Below are positions 1 through 9,421 of a stretch of DNA of 49,804 bases, piece by piece. The stretch is from sequence record DRR723986_6629, one strand, 5' to 3'. A program made the position numbers and the translations under genes. Under the pieces are notes generated by a model, which did no database searches, had not been told where the DNA came from, and saw only the letters and a list, made by a program, of their open reading frames with translations. Every line of letters begins with the position of its first letter. The stretch's first letter is position 1.

Positions 1-810
1 GTTTTCCATCGCGCCCATGTTGAAATCGTCGACCGCGACGATATTGAAGATATCCAGGTCGTATTCACGACCGAATACCTCTTCGTCCCAGCGCATCGAA
101 TTTTTCAGCGAGAGCATGGCATGCTCACACTTGCCGATGTCTTTCTGCTCAACATAGATATGCAGCGCGACCTCTCGACCACCGCAGGTGGTGAAGCGGT
201 CCTCGATTGACGCCAGGTCACCGGCGACCAGCGCGAACAGATAGGCCGGCTTGGGAAAAGGGTCATGCCAGCTGACCCGGTGCCGATTCTCCCCCAGCTG
301 CTCACTCCCGGTCCGGTTGCCGTTACTCAGCAACACCGGATAGCGCTTGCGGTCTGCCTCGATGCTGACCGAATAAGTCGACATGACGTCCGGCCGATCC
401 AGGTAATAGGTGATCTTACGGAAGCCCTCCGCCTCACACTGGGTGCAGAACATGGTCCGTGACTTGTACAGACCCTCGAGGGAGGTGTTTTCCTGGGGCA
501 GGATCCGGGTGACACAGCGCAACTCGAAGCTGTCCGGCACCTGGGCGATATGCAGGATCTCGCTATCAAGCTGGTATTCATCCACCGTCAGCGGGCGACC
601 ATCGATTTCCAGCGCGACCAGCTCCAGTTCCTGGCCGTGCAAGACCAGCGCCTCGCCGTCCAGTGAGGAATCGCTGCGTCGAAACGCCAGCCGCGAAGTC
701 ACCAGGGCGTGATCCTCATGCAGCTCAAAGTGCAGCTCCGTGGTGTCGATAACAAAGGCAGGGGGCCGGTAATCCTTGAGATAAATAGCGGTCGGGCGAG
801 CGTCTCGCAT
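1..810 (-). CDS. pepN: Aminopeptidase N (M1 family), 5' part; runs off the left edge
   Basis: Not in the ORF track. Minus strand from ATG at 810 reads MRDARPTAIYLKDYRPPAF..., includes NTSLEGLYKS and CEAEGFRKITY, and ends at VDDFNMGAMEN (M1 GAMEN motif) at position 1. Confidence 0.95.
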   Translation of the reverse strand, partial: MRDARPTAIYLKDYRPPAFVIDTTELHFELHEDHALVTSRLAFRRSDSSLDGEALVLHGQELELVALEIDGRPLTVDEYQLDSEILHIAQVPDSFELRCVTRILPQENTSLEGLYKSRTMFCTQCEAEGFRKITYYLDRPDVMSTYSVSIEADRKRYPVLLSNGNRTGSEQLGENRHRVSWHDPFPKPAYLFALVAGDLASIEDRFTTCGGREVALHIYVEQKDIGKCEHAMLSLKNSMRWDEEVFGREYDLDIFNIVAVDDFNMGAMEN

Positions 811-812
811 GG

Positions 813-1646
813 TCAGTCCTCTATCAGGGCGAGCTCGTAGCCGCCGTACTTGCGCATATTGATCACCCCGCTGTCGAAGATCAGGTACTGCCCCTTGATG
901 CCCATCAGGGTGCCCCCTACTTCGGGGGTCTTATCGAGGTTGAACGACTTCACCTTGGTGGGGTATTCCAGCACCGGGTAGCGAATACGGGTTTCCGGCT
1001 CGCCCTCGAGCACCGTGATGGCCTGCAGTCCATGGGCCTCGCGCAGTTGCTCTATCTCGGGCATGCACTCCTGAACCAGTTCGCGACGCGCCGCTTCGAG
1101 GTCCATGGGCTGCGCATCGCCCTTGAGCATTGCCTGCCAGTTGGTCTTATCGGCGATATGCCGGGCAAACAGCGTCTCGACCAGCCCGGACTGGAGCCTG
1201 CTGCTGACCCGGAAAATCGGCTGGGCCTGGGTTGCGCCCTGGTCCATCCAGCGCGTTGGGACCTGGGTGCCGCGGGTGATGCCGACCTTGAGACCGGAGG
1301 TATTGGCCAGGTAAACAAAGTGGTCAATCATGCAATTGGCCTCACCCCACTCGGGCTCCCGGCAGGTGCCCTCATGAAAGTGGCATTTTTCCGGGCTGAC
1401 GATGCAACTGTCGCATTGGGCCAGGCGACGGAAACAGGGGTAGCAATAGCCCTGGTTAAAACTCTTGTTGGTTTTACGCCCGCAATGTATGCAGTTGATC
1501 ACACCGCGATACGCCAGCCTCAGTGCCGAGCCCAGTCTCTCGTTAAGCGCTACTTCCTGGTCACCGAGCACCAACCGGTACTGTACCGGGTCCGCCAGTT
1601 CAGTGCGCATCTTGCGTATACCGCCAACGGCGATTTCCTGTCCCAC
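813..1646 (-). CDS. DUF2797 family protein (Cys-rich, probably Zn-binding)
   Basis: CIHCGRKTNKSFNQGYCYPC, CDSC, KVGITR and RWMDQGA motifs; GTG at 1646 follows a GGGAG RBS (ORF-track start 1709 overlaps the upstream gene). Confidence 0.85.
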   Translation of the reverse strand: MGQEIAVGGIRKMRTELADPVQYRLVLGDQEVALNERLGSALRLAYRGVINCIHCGRKTNKSFNQGYCYPCFRRLAQCDSCIVSPEKCHFHEGTCREPEWGEANCMIDHFVYLANTSGLKVGITRGTQVPTRWMDQGATQAQPIFRVSSRLQSGLVETLFARHIADKTNWQAMLKGDAQPMDLEAARRELVQECMPEIEQLREAHGLQAITVLEGEPETRIRYPVLEYPTKVKSFNLDKTPEVGGTLMGIKGQYLIFDSGVINMRKYGGYELALIED

Positions 1647-1659
1647 TGCGATCTCCCGC

Positions 1660-1917
1660 TCAGTTATCCATCCAGTTGAGCGGCACCTCCGGAGAATCGT
1701 CACAGACATCCCCCGCCTTGTGACCGCGATCGATATACCCTACCCGCTGCTCCTCCGGCAGGTGCTTTTCGCCCCAGGCGATCAAGGCCTGCATCACTGT
1801 CGCCCGTTGCTCGCCGCTGAGCGGGCGCCCATCCGGCCACTTACCCAACTCCATGGCGCGCTGCAGACTGGCATAGACCTCCGGAGTCAGGGTGTCGATC
1901 AGTGTCTGGTAGTCCAT
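1660..1917 (-). CDS. YeaC/DUF1315 family protein
   Basis: LTPEVYASLQRAMELGKWPDGRPLS matches the YeaC family pattern. Confidence 0.85.
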   Translation of the reverse strand: MDYQTLIDTLTPEVYASLQRAMELGKWPDGRPLSGEQRATVMQALIAWGEKHLPEEQRVGYIDRGHKAGDVCDDSPEVPLNWMDN

Positions 1918-1957
1918 AAGGGGCGTTCCGGGTTAGGGGGAGGCGATTATAACGGGA

Positions 1958-2815
1958 CTAGTTAGTGCCGTCCCCCAGGCGGGACAGCATGCCGAAGGCA
2001 GCGCCAAGCAGCGCGCCGGCTATCAGTCCGCCCAGGTGCGCCGCATTGGCGATTGCGCCGAAACCCAGCACCTCAACCACTCCCAGCATACACACCACTA
2101 GCCAGCCGACCATGAATACCATGATGGCAGTCGAGGGCTGGAAGGCCCACCGGGGCTGCAGGCGCCCAGCCACCCAGGCAAAGCCCAGCAGGCCGTAAAC
2201 CACGCCGGACATGCCGCCGAAAATAGCGGGGCCATCGAACAGATGCTGGGCAGTGTTGGAGACCAGCGCAATCACCAGGAACAGGCCGGCCATATTGACC
2301 GAGCCCATTTCCCGCTCCACGCGTGAGCCCAGCTCCCACAGCCACAGGCAGTTGAACACAATATGCAGCCAGCCGAAGTGGAGGAAAGCCGGGGTGATCA
2401 GGCGCCAGTACTCGCTGCCCATGCGACCAAACATGGCTTGCCCGTTCTCGACGGCAAACGGCGTGAATGTAAAGGTCGCCAGCCAACTGATCGGCGCCTG
2501 CAGCAGTAACAGCAGAAAGCCGGCAATGCTGCAGGCGATCAGCACCAGGGTTACTGGGGCAAAACGCCAGGCCAGGCCAGCTGGCCGGCGACCTGGCAAT
2601 GACCGGCGCTCCAGCTCGATGGAGACTCTGCCCTCACGCCAGGCCTGGTAAAGCTCCGCTACCGCAAGCGCGGCCTCGTCGCTGGCGACCATAATGACCT
2701 GCCGGCCGTCCTGCTCAAAAATGCGGTGCTGCACGCCCCGCTGGTGCAACAGCGCGGACAGCGGTAGCAGGTCCTCGTCGACGGGGACGCTGAGGGCAAT
2801 CCTATCCAGTGACAT
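1958..2815 (-). CDS. Rhomboid intramembrane serine protease (GlpG-like)
   Basis: WRLITPAFLHFGWLHIVFN, GMSGVVYG (catalytic Ser), AHLGGL (catalytic His); several TM segments. Confidence 0.92.
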   Translation of the reverse strand: MSLDRIALSVPVDEDLLPLSALLHQRGVQHRIFEQDGRQVIMVASDEAALAVAELYQAWREGRVSIELERRSLPGRRPAGLAWRFAPVTLVLIACSIAGFLLLLLQAPISWLATFTFTPFAVENGQAMFGRMGSEYWRLITPAFLHFGWLHIVFNCLWLWELGSRVEREMGSVNMAGLFLVIALVSNTAQHLFDGPAIFGGMSGVVYGLLGFAWVAGRLQPRWAFQPSTAIMVFMVGWLVVCMLGVVEVLGFGAIANAAHLGGLIAGALLGAAFGMLSRLGDGTN

Positions 2816-3700
2816 TCAGTTGACCAGCGCGTTGCTCCAGCGCAGCTTATCGCGGCAGCTGGCATAGAAGCTGTGCCCCAGCGGATGCAGCAGGGTGAGG
2901 TGATCCGGCTTCTTGGTAATGATCACCGAGTCGCCGGGGCGCGCGGTCATATTTACCTGGCCATCGCAGGTGACCGGGGGGTGAATGCGATTGCGCTCAA
3001 GGACGTCCAAACGGATCACACTGTCTCCATCGACCACGATGGGCCGACTGCTCAGCGCGTGGGGAAACATCGGCACCAGCACCACGGCATCCAGGGTCGG
3101 GTGCATGATCGGTCCCCCGCCTGACAGGGAATACGCTGTCGAGCCAGTGGGGGTTGAGACAATCAGGCCGTCGGCGCGCTGGCGATAAACAAAAGTATCA
3201 TCGATGTAGAGTTCGAGTTCGATCATCTGGGCCGATGTACCCGAGTTGACCACCACATCGTTCAGGGCATCGGCCTTGCCGACCGTCTTGCCCGCACGTA
3301 CTACCCGGGCATCGAGCAGGAACCGCTGCTCCCGGGTGAACTCACCGTCGAGGACGGCAGAAACCTGGGACTGCAGGTCGTCGGGGCTGATATCCGCGAG
3401 GAAGCCCAGCCTGCCGCGGTTCACACCCAACACCGGAGTGTTGTAACGGGCGAGAATACGGGACGCACTGAGCAGGCTGCCGTCGCCGCCGACCACAATA
3501 ACCATGTCGGCCAGCTCCCCGATCTGCTCAATGCCGTACCGGGTTATCGACTTGTCCGACACCAGCTCGTCGAGCCGGTCTTCGAGCAGGATTTCAACGC
3601 CGCGCCCGGCCAACAGGCTAAGCAACTCTGCCAGGACGATCTCGAGACCGTCCTGCTGGCTGCGCCCGATCAGGCCTATGCGCTTGAAAGATGCCGGCAT
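2816..3700 (-). CDS. nadK: NAD(+) kinase
   Basis: GGDGSLL, GVNRGRLGFL, LNDVVV and DGLIVSTPTGSTAYSLSGGGP motifs. Confidence 0.96.
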   Translation of the reverse strand: MPASFKRIGLIGRSQQDGLEIVLAELLSLLAGRGVEILLEDRLDELVSDKSITRYGIEQIGELADMVIVVGGDGSLLSASRILARYNTPVLGVNRGRLGFLADISPDDLQSQVSAVLDGEFTREQRFLLDARVVRAGKTVGKADALNDVVVNSGTSAQMIELELYIDDTFVYRQRADGLIVSTPTGSTAYSLSGGGPIMHPTLDAVVLVPMFPHALSSRPIVVDGDSVIRLDVLERNRIHPPVTCDGQVNMTARPGDSVIITKKPDHLTLLHPLGHSFYASCRDKLRWSNALVN

Positions 3701-3775
3701 CACGCGTGCACCCTGCTCAGTGAAGGACTGTTATTATAACCACGAAATGCAAGGCAGGCGCAGGAAACCCGGCCA

Positions 3776-4672
3776 ATGATCTACCGCAACGCCGCCGTGC
3801 GCGATATCGCCTGGGCATGCTTTTCCCCAGCCTTGATGCTGGCTCCCCGGCTCCGCGACCACGGTGACGGTGTCGACAACTGCGCCCTCGCCCTCACTCC
3901 CCAGCGCCGGGACTGGCTCGCCACGCTGGACGCCGACCCGACGCCCCTGCTCCACTATCTCGAGCAGCGCCCGGTGAACCGACTGGGCATTTACTTTGAA
4001 CGGCTCTGGCACTTCTTCCTTCAGGCCGACCCCGCCACTGAACTCGTCGCCCATAACCTGCCTGTACGCAACGACGGCGCCACCCTGGGCGAGTTCGACT
4101 GCCTGTACTTCTGCCACCAGCGCGGACGTCACGTTCATCTGGAGCTGGCCGTCAAATACTATCTGGGCTGGCAAATCTCCGGCCAGCCGGCCTGGCTTGG
4201 CCCCAACAGTGCTGATCGCCTGGACCTCAAAGTCGAGCGCATGCTGGGCCACCAGTCGGCTCTGGGGCTCACCGAACCGGGCAGGCGCGCGCTGGCCGGC
4301 ATCGGTATCACTGACTACGAACGGGAACTGGAGATCAAGGGCTACCTGTTCCAGCCGAGCGATGGATCCCTGCCCGAGCCACCGGGGTATAACAGCCAAC
4401 AGACGATGAGCACCTGGATTCGACTAAATACGCTGGCGCATTGGCTCAGTCAGCAGAAAGCCAGCAGCTACCGCCTGCTCTCGCGCTTGCAGTGGCTGGC
4501 TCCGGCCCGGGAAACTGCGGCCGACCTGGATACCACCCAATTGCTGGACCAGCTGCAGGCACGGCTGGAGGACTCGGGGCGGCCGGCGCTGGTTGCGGCC
4601 TTTGCCGGGTCCGGGGAAGAAACTGCGCGGTTCTTCGTTGTCAGTGAGCGCTGGCCAGATACACCAGCCTGA
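3776..4672 (+). CDS. DUF1853 family protein (PD-(D/E)XK-like motif)
   Basis: VRDIAWA, RLGIYFERLWHF, TLGEFD, HLELAVKYYL and WLGPN..DRLD motifs. Confidence 0.85.
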   Translation: MIYRNAAVRDIAWACFSPALMLAPRLRDHGDGVDNCALALTPQRRDWLATLDADPTPLLHYLEQRPVNRLGIYFERLWHFFLQADPATELVAHNLPVRNDGATLGEFDCLYFCHQRGRHVHLELAVKYYLGWQISGQPAWLGPNSADRLDLKVERMLGHQSALGLTEPGRRALAGIGITDYERELEIKGYLFQPSDGSLPEPPGYNSQQTMSTWIRLNTLAHWLSQQKASSYRLLSRLQWLAPARETAADLDTTQLLDQLQARLEDSGRPALVAAFAGSGEETARFFVVSERWPDTPA

Positions 4673-4768
4673 GTCACCACCCTGACCCAGCTTGGTTTTT
4701 TCAGGACCAGACGCTATCCTTGCCTGCCTGCAACCTGGCTAAAAATCAACCGAACAGAGGAACCACCC

Positions 4769-5455
4769 ATGATCAAGAATGCCCTGGCCACCGCCGCTGC
4801 AATAGCCCTGCTCACCGCCTGTAGCACTGAGCCCACCGTGCAGACCGGTGAAGACGCGGAAGTCGTCATGGGCAACCTGCACCGGGTAGATAACAGCCGC
4901 GCCGACATGGCCTACATTGATCCGCAGGCAGACTTCAGCAAGTACAACAAGATACTGCTGCGCCCGCTGGGCGTAGACAAAGTCGAGATAACCCAGCCCC
5001 AGCGATCAAGCTCGGTGGTCGGCAAGCGAGACTGGGAACTCACCGACAAGGACAAGGAAAACCTGCGGGCCGCCTACACGGAAGCCATGACCACGCACCT
5101 GCAGGACAAGTGCGGTTATCCCCTGGTCAGTGAGCCCGGCGACGATGTGCTGGAGATCGCCGCCATGATCACCGGCATCGCGCCCAGCGCCCCCAAGGAC
5201 GACAATTCCTCGCGCGCCGTCGGCCGCACCCGGGTTTACACTGAGGGTGGCGGCAGCATGGCGGTTGCGGTGGCCTATGGCGACTCGGAAACGGGCGAGG
5301 TGCTGGGAATCGTCAAGGACGTGCGCTCCAGCAGCAGCAGTGGCAACTGGGGCCTGAACAACTCGGTATCCAACATGGCCGACATCCGCCGCTTCTTTAA
5401 CAGCTGGGCCGTTCAGGTCTGCGACGGCCTGAACCGGGTGCACGGCAAGCAGTAA
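4769..5455 (+). CDS. DUF3313 family lipoprotein
   Basis: Lipobox LTAC; DFSKYNKILL and DSETGEVL motifs; GAGG RBS. Confidence 0.75.
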   Translation: MIKNALATAAAIALLTACSTEPTVQTGEDAEVVMGNLHRVDNSRADMAYIDPQADFSKYNKILLRPLGVDKVEITQPQRSSSVVGKRDWELTDKDKENLRAAYTEAMTTHLQDKCGYPLVSEPGDDVLEIAAMITGIAPSAPKDDNSSRAVGRTRVYTEGGGSMAVAVAYGDSETGEVLGIVKDVRSSSSSGNWGLNNSVSNMADIRRFFNSWAVQVCDGLNRVHGKQ

Positions 5456-5483
5456 GCAGCCCCTCCCCGACCCTTGTGGGGAC

Positions 5484-5521
5484 CAATAAAAAACGGAGCC
5501 ATAGGGCTCCGTTTTTTATTG
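5484..5521. terminator. Bidirectional rho-independent terminator
   Basis: CAATAAAAAACGGAGCC-ATAG-GGCTCCGTTTTTTATTG perfect inverted repeat with A/T tracts, between convergent genes. Confidence 0.9.
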
Positions 5522-5539
5522 TAAGGGGCTTAGCGGCGC

Positions 5540-6004
5540 TTAGCGCAGCCTGATCATGGGATCGAGCGGTGCACAGCTGGGCGCAGTCGTACTGATGATC
5601 GTGTACTTGTACTGCACGCCGTCAGCGCTGGCAGGTGCTTTCGACTCAATGTTCGGTGATGACACATAGGTCTTACCGGCTTTCTTTTCTATCGGCTTGC
5701 CGCCAACGAACGGGTCGAACCAGATAGTAAACTCGACATTCTCCAGGCTGTCCCCGGACTGGTCCACCGCCGTCCAGACAACCGTTTTCTTCACCGAGCG
5801 ATCAAAGTCGACCTCAGCAGGGACGACGCCGACAGGGCAATTACCACTGTCAAAGACCACCACCACGGGCGCACTGTCAGCGCTCAGCACGGGGCTGCCA
5901 GAGGCAGCAGCGCTGCCGGTTACCGGGGTTTGGGCAACACAGGATGCCACGGAAAGCGCCAGCACCGGCGCGCCTAAAGCGGATAAGATTTTTGGGGTAG
6001 GCAT
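5540..6004 (-). CDS. Hypothetical secreted protein or lipoprotein
   Basis: GGAG RBS, signal peptide with VASC lipobox-like motif, two further Cys, C-terminal YKYTI...LDPMI; ends just before the terminator. Confidence 0.7.
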   Translation of the reverse strand: MPTPKILSALGAPVLALSVASCVAQTPVTGSAAASGSPVLSADSAPVVVVFDSGNCPVGVVPAEVDFDRSVKKTVVWTAVDQSGDSLENVEFTIWFDPFVGGKPIEKKAGKTYVSSPNIESKAPASADGVQYKYTIISTTAPSCAPLDPMIRLR

Positions 6005-6137
6005 ACTGTTCTCCTTGAACGTTACTGACTGCCGCTACAACTCTCGGCTGGGGGTACGCCTTTCCCAATATAGACCAAATTACAATAAGTGGGGCTCATC
6101 TGCCGCAGCAGGCTGTCTTCGGGGCTGGGGCACGCGT

Positions 6138-7727
6138 TCAGCTCAGGCGGAATCCCTCGTAGCCTCTGGCCGCGACCTCGTTACACTTCTGCACGTACTC
6201 GGGGAATCCGAGTAAGGGCAGAAACACGCGCGGCTTACCCGGGATATTGGCGCCGAGGTACCAGGAGTTACAGCTGGGATACAGGGTGGTGTCGGCGACC
6301 TCGTTCACGTGGACAACCCAGGCTTCCTCCGCCTCGGGTTCCGGCTCCATCAGCCGGAAGCCCTGCGCTTCCATGTAGGCGATGCTGTCCGCGACGAACT
6401 CCACGTGCTGCTCGATGGTTGGCAACATATTCGTGAGCACCGAGGGGCTGCCTGGGCCGGTAATCATGAAAAAATTGGGAAAGCCCACGGTCTCCAGGCC
6501 CAGGTAGGTTTTTGGCCCTTCGGCCCATTTGTCCTTCAGCGATCGACCGCTGCGCCCGCGGATGTCAATCCGCTCCAGAGCGCCGGTCATGGCGTCAAAA
6601 CCGGTTGCGTAGACCAGGCAGTCGAGTGCGTACTCGTCGGTGCCGCTCCGGATGCCGCTCGCGGTAATGGTGTCGATACCCTGCTCGCTGACATCAACCA
6701 GCTTCACGTTGTCCCGGTTGTAGGTATCGAAATAGCCCGTGTCGGCGCACAGGCGTTTACACAGGATGGTCGTATCGGGGCAGAGTGTCTCAGCCACCTC
6801 GGGGTCGCGAACCGTGTGGCGAATCTTGTTGCGCACGAACTCTGCCGCCTGCTCATTTGCTTCCTTGTCGGTGAACAGGTCACCAAAGGCGCCGGCAAAC
6901 AGCAGACCGCCAAGACGCCAGTGGCGCTCGAACTGTTCCTCGCGCTCCTCGGGCGCCATCTCAAGGGTAAAGCCCTGGTTTTGCGGATGGCGGGCACCAA
7001 AGCCGACAACCTGCTGCTTGTTGCGTTCGCGCAGGTCCGGGTAACGCGCCTTGATTCGCCGCTGCAGTTCCGGGTCTAGCGGACCATTCCTGGCCGGAAC
7101 CGAGTAATTGGGGGTACGCTGGAAAACCGTGAGCTGCGCCGCCTGTTCGGCAATCAGCGGAATCGCCTGGATAGCCGAAGAGCCGGTGCCGATAACGCCT
7201 ACTCGCTGGCCACTGAAGTCTACGCCTTCATGGGGCCAATGCCCGGTGTGATAGATCTTCCCCTGGAATGCGTCCTGCCCTGGCAGCACCGGCATGTTAG
7301 GCACCGAGAGACAACCCGTGGCGGCAATAACATAGCGTGCGCGCACACTTTCTCCCGCCTCAGTAATTACCTGCCAGTCACCGCGCTGTTCATCGAATAC
7401 GGCGGAAGCCACCCGGGTATCAAACTGGATATCCCGACGCAGGTCGAACCGCTCCGCTACATGGCGGGCATAGTCGAGGATCTCGGGCTGGGCGGAATAT
7501 CGTTCACTCCATTCCCACTCCTGCTGCAGATCCTCGTCGAACTGGTAGGAGTACTCGACGCTCTCCACATCGCAACGAGCGCCCGGGTAGCGATTCCAGT
7601 ACCAGGTACCGCCAACATCGGAACCGGCCTCGTACACCTGGCAATCCAGGCCCTGCTGCCGCAGCTTGTGGAGCATGTACATACCAGCAAAGCCGGCACC
7701 GATAATTATGGCGTCTCGTTGTTGCAT
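6138..7727 (-). CDS. Type I Baeyer-Villiger monooxygenase (PAMO/CHMO/steroid monooxygenase-like)
   Basis: GAGFAG, GGTWYWNRYPGARCD, BVMO fingerprint FQGKIYHTGHWP, second Rossmann motif GTGSSA, ATGFD. Confidence 0.95.
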   Translation of the reverse strand: MQQRDAIIIGAGFAGMYMLHKLRQQGLDCQVYEAGSDVGGTWYWNRYPGARCDVESVEYSYQFDEDLQQEWEWSERYSAQPEILDYARHVAERFDLRRDIQFDTRVASAVFDEQRGDWQVITEAGESVRARYVIAATGCLSVPNMPVLPGQDAFQGKIYHTGHWPHEGVDFSGQRVGVIGTGSSAIQAIPLIAEQAAQLTVFQRTPNYSVPARNGPLDPELQRRIKARYPDLRERNKQQVVGFGARHPQNQGFTLEMAPEEREEQFERHWRLGGLLFAGAFGDLFTDKEANEQAAEFVRNKIRHTVRDPEVAETLCPDTTILCKRLCADTGYFDTYNRDNVKLVDVSEQGIDTITASGIRSGTDEYALDCLVYATGFDAMTGALERIDIRGRSGRSLKDKWAEGPKTYLGLETVGFPNFFMITGPGSPSVLTNMLPTIEQHVEFVADSIAYMEAQGFRLMEPEPEAEEAWVVHVNEVADTTLYPSCNSWYLGANIPGKPRVFLPLLGFPEYVQKCNEVAARGYEGFRLS

Positions 7728-7775
7728 GATTTCGTCCCGATTGATGAGCCGATGAGACGGCTTGGCAGTTGCGTT

Positions 7776-8765
7776 TCAGGATAGCCCGACATTATTTTTC
7801 TGCAGCACCTGTTCAGCCCGGTAGCTGGAACGCACCAGGACGCCGGACACAACTTCCAGGAAGCCTTTCTCCAGGCCCCACTGGCGGTAACGTTCAAATT
7901 CCGCGGGGGTCACGTAACGATCGATAGGAAAATGATTTGCCGTTGGCTGCAGGTACTGGCCGAAGGTCAGAATGTCCACGCCCGCCCCACGTAAATCATC
8001 CATAGCCTCGATGATTTCCTCCTCGGTCTCACCGAGTCCCAGCATAAGCGAGGTTTTGGTCAGCACATCAGGGCGATAGGTCTTGGCGTGGGCCAGTACC
8101 GCGAGCGTCTGTTCGTAGGTCGCACGCGGGTCCCGCACCGGGTGGGTCAGGCGGCGCACCGTCTCCACATTCTGGGCAAACACCTCGATGCCGGAATCGA
8201 GGACGGTCTCCACGTCATCCAGAGCGCCGAGAAAATCCGGGGTCAGCGCTTCCACGGCGGTCTCCGGATTCTGCTGTTTCACCTCGCGAACGCAGGCAGC
8301 ATAGTGGCCGGCGCCGCCATCGGGCAGATCGTCGCGGTTCACCGAGGTCAGGACCACATACTTCAAACCCATCAGGGACACGGACCGGGCGGTGTTGGCA
8401 GGCTCTTCCGCATCCAGCCAGCCACCCGGGTTACCCGTGTTCACCGCGCAGAAACGGCAGGCCCGGGTACAGACATCACCCATCAACATGATGGTTGCGG
8501 TACCGGCACTCCAGCACTCGCTCATATTCGGGCACTTGGCCTCCTCGCAGACCGTGGCCAGGCGGTGCTCATGGACGATGCTCTTGACCTTGTCGTAGGT
8601 CGCACCGCCTCGCGCGCGAATCCGCAGCCAGTCCGGCTTGGGCAGGCGCTCGCCACCGGCGGCACCCGCCTTCACGCCATCCTTGATCGCACGGACGCCG
8701 CGTGCCGTGGTGAATTTCTCACCGCTGGCTACCTGTACTGCGGGAATCAAGGTTGGTTTCTTCAT
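7776..8765 (-). CDS. lipA: Lipoyl synthase
   Basis: [12 protein letters not shown] (CX4CX5C), CTRACRFC (radical SAM), C-terminal RSSY; exact start uncertain. Confidence 0.95.
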   Translation of the reverse strand: MKKPTLIPAVQVASGEKFTTARGVRAIKDGVKAGAAGGERLPKPDWLRIRARGGATYDKVKSIVHEHRLATVCEEAKCPNMSECWSAGTATIMLMGDVCTRACRFCAVNTGNPGGWLDAEEPANTARSVSLMGLKYVVLTSVNRDDLPDGGAGHYAACVREVKQQNPETAVEALTPDFLGALDDVETVLDSGIEVFAQNVETVRRLTHPVRDPRATYEQTLAVLAHAKTYRPDVLTKTSLMLGLGETEEEIIEAMDDLRGAGVDILTFGQYLQPTANHFPIDRYVTPAEFERYRQWGLEKGFLEVVSGVLVRSSYRAEQVLQKNNVGLS

Positions 8766-8910
8766 CAGCTGGAGGTCTGCACCCGGCAGGATCTTGTGGC
8801 CGCTACGGTCTGCACTATACTGTATTTCGATGCCCCAGGCAGCGGCACATCGGTGCAAGCAGCGACGGGAAATACAGTACAGGTATCATTAATACGGAGC
8901 ACCCCAAACC

Positions 8911-9303
8911 ATGGATATGCAACAGGCCATCAGGACAGTTCTGGGGAAGTACGCCACGTTTACCGGCCGCGCCCCGCGCTCGGAATTCTGGTGGTGGGTG
9001 CTGGCCATGGTCCTGGTACAGGTCGTGCTGAGCCTCATTGATGGCTTCCTCATTGCCCCCATGCTGGGACAGGAACCCTTTGCGCCGGCGGCGGGCCAAC
9101 CGCTTTCCAGTATCGCGGGCCTGGCGCTGCTGATACCGTGTATCGCCGTGAGCGTCAGGCGCCTGCACGATATGGACAAGTCCGGCTGGTGGTATCTGCT
9201 GGGGCTGATACCCATCATCGGCACCCTGGTTTTGCTCTACTGGTATGTGCAGCGCGGCAACCTCGGCGCCAACCGGTTCGGCGAGGACCCCACGCCAGCC
9301 TGA
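8911..9303 (+). CDS. DUF805 family inner-membrane protein (YhaH/YhaI-like)
   Basis: YATFTGRAPRSEFWW, VRRLHDMDKSGWW and NRFGEDP motifs. Confidence 0.9.
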   Translation: MDMQQAIRTVLGKYATFTGRAPRSEFWWWVLAMVLVQVVLSLIDGFLIAPMLGQEPFAPAAGQPLSSIAGLALLIPCIAVSVRRLHDMDKSGWWYLLGLIPIIGTLVLLYWYVQRGNLGANRFGEDPTPA

Positions 9304-9421
9304 ACGATGCGCCGACGCCGGGCAGCACCGCCTGGCGGGCGTATACGGCAGTAAGACCGCAGCTCACTGCCGAGCGCGGCCTGTTACACTTGCTGCCCGC
9401 CCCTGCCCAGCGAACCGAGCC

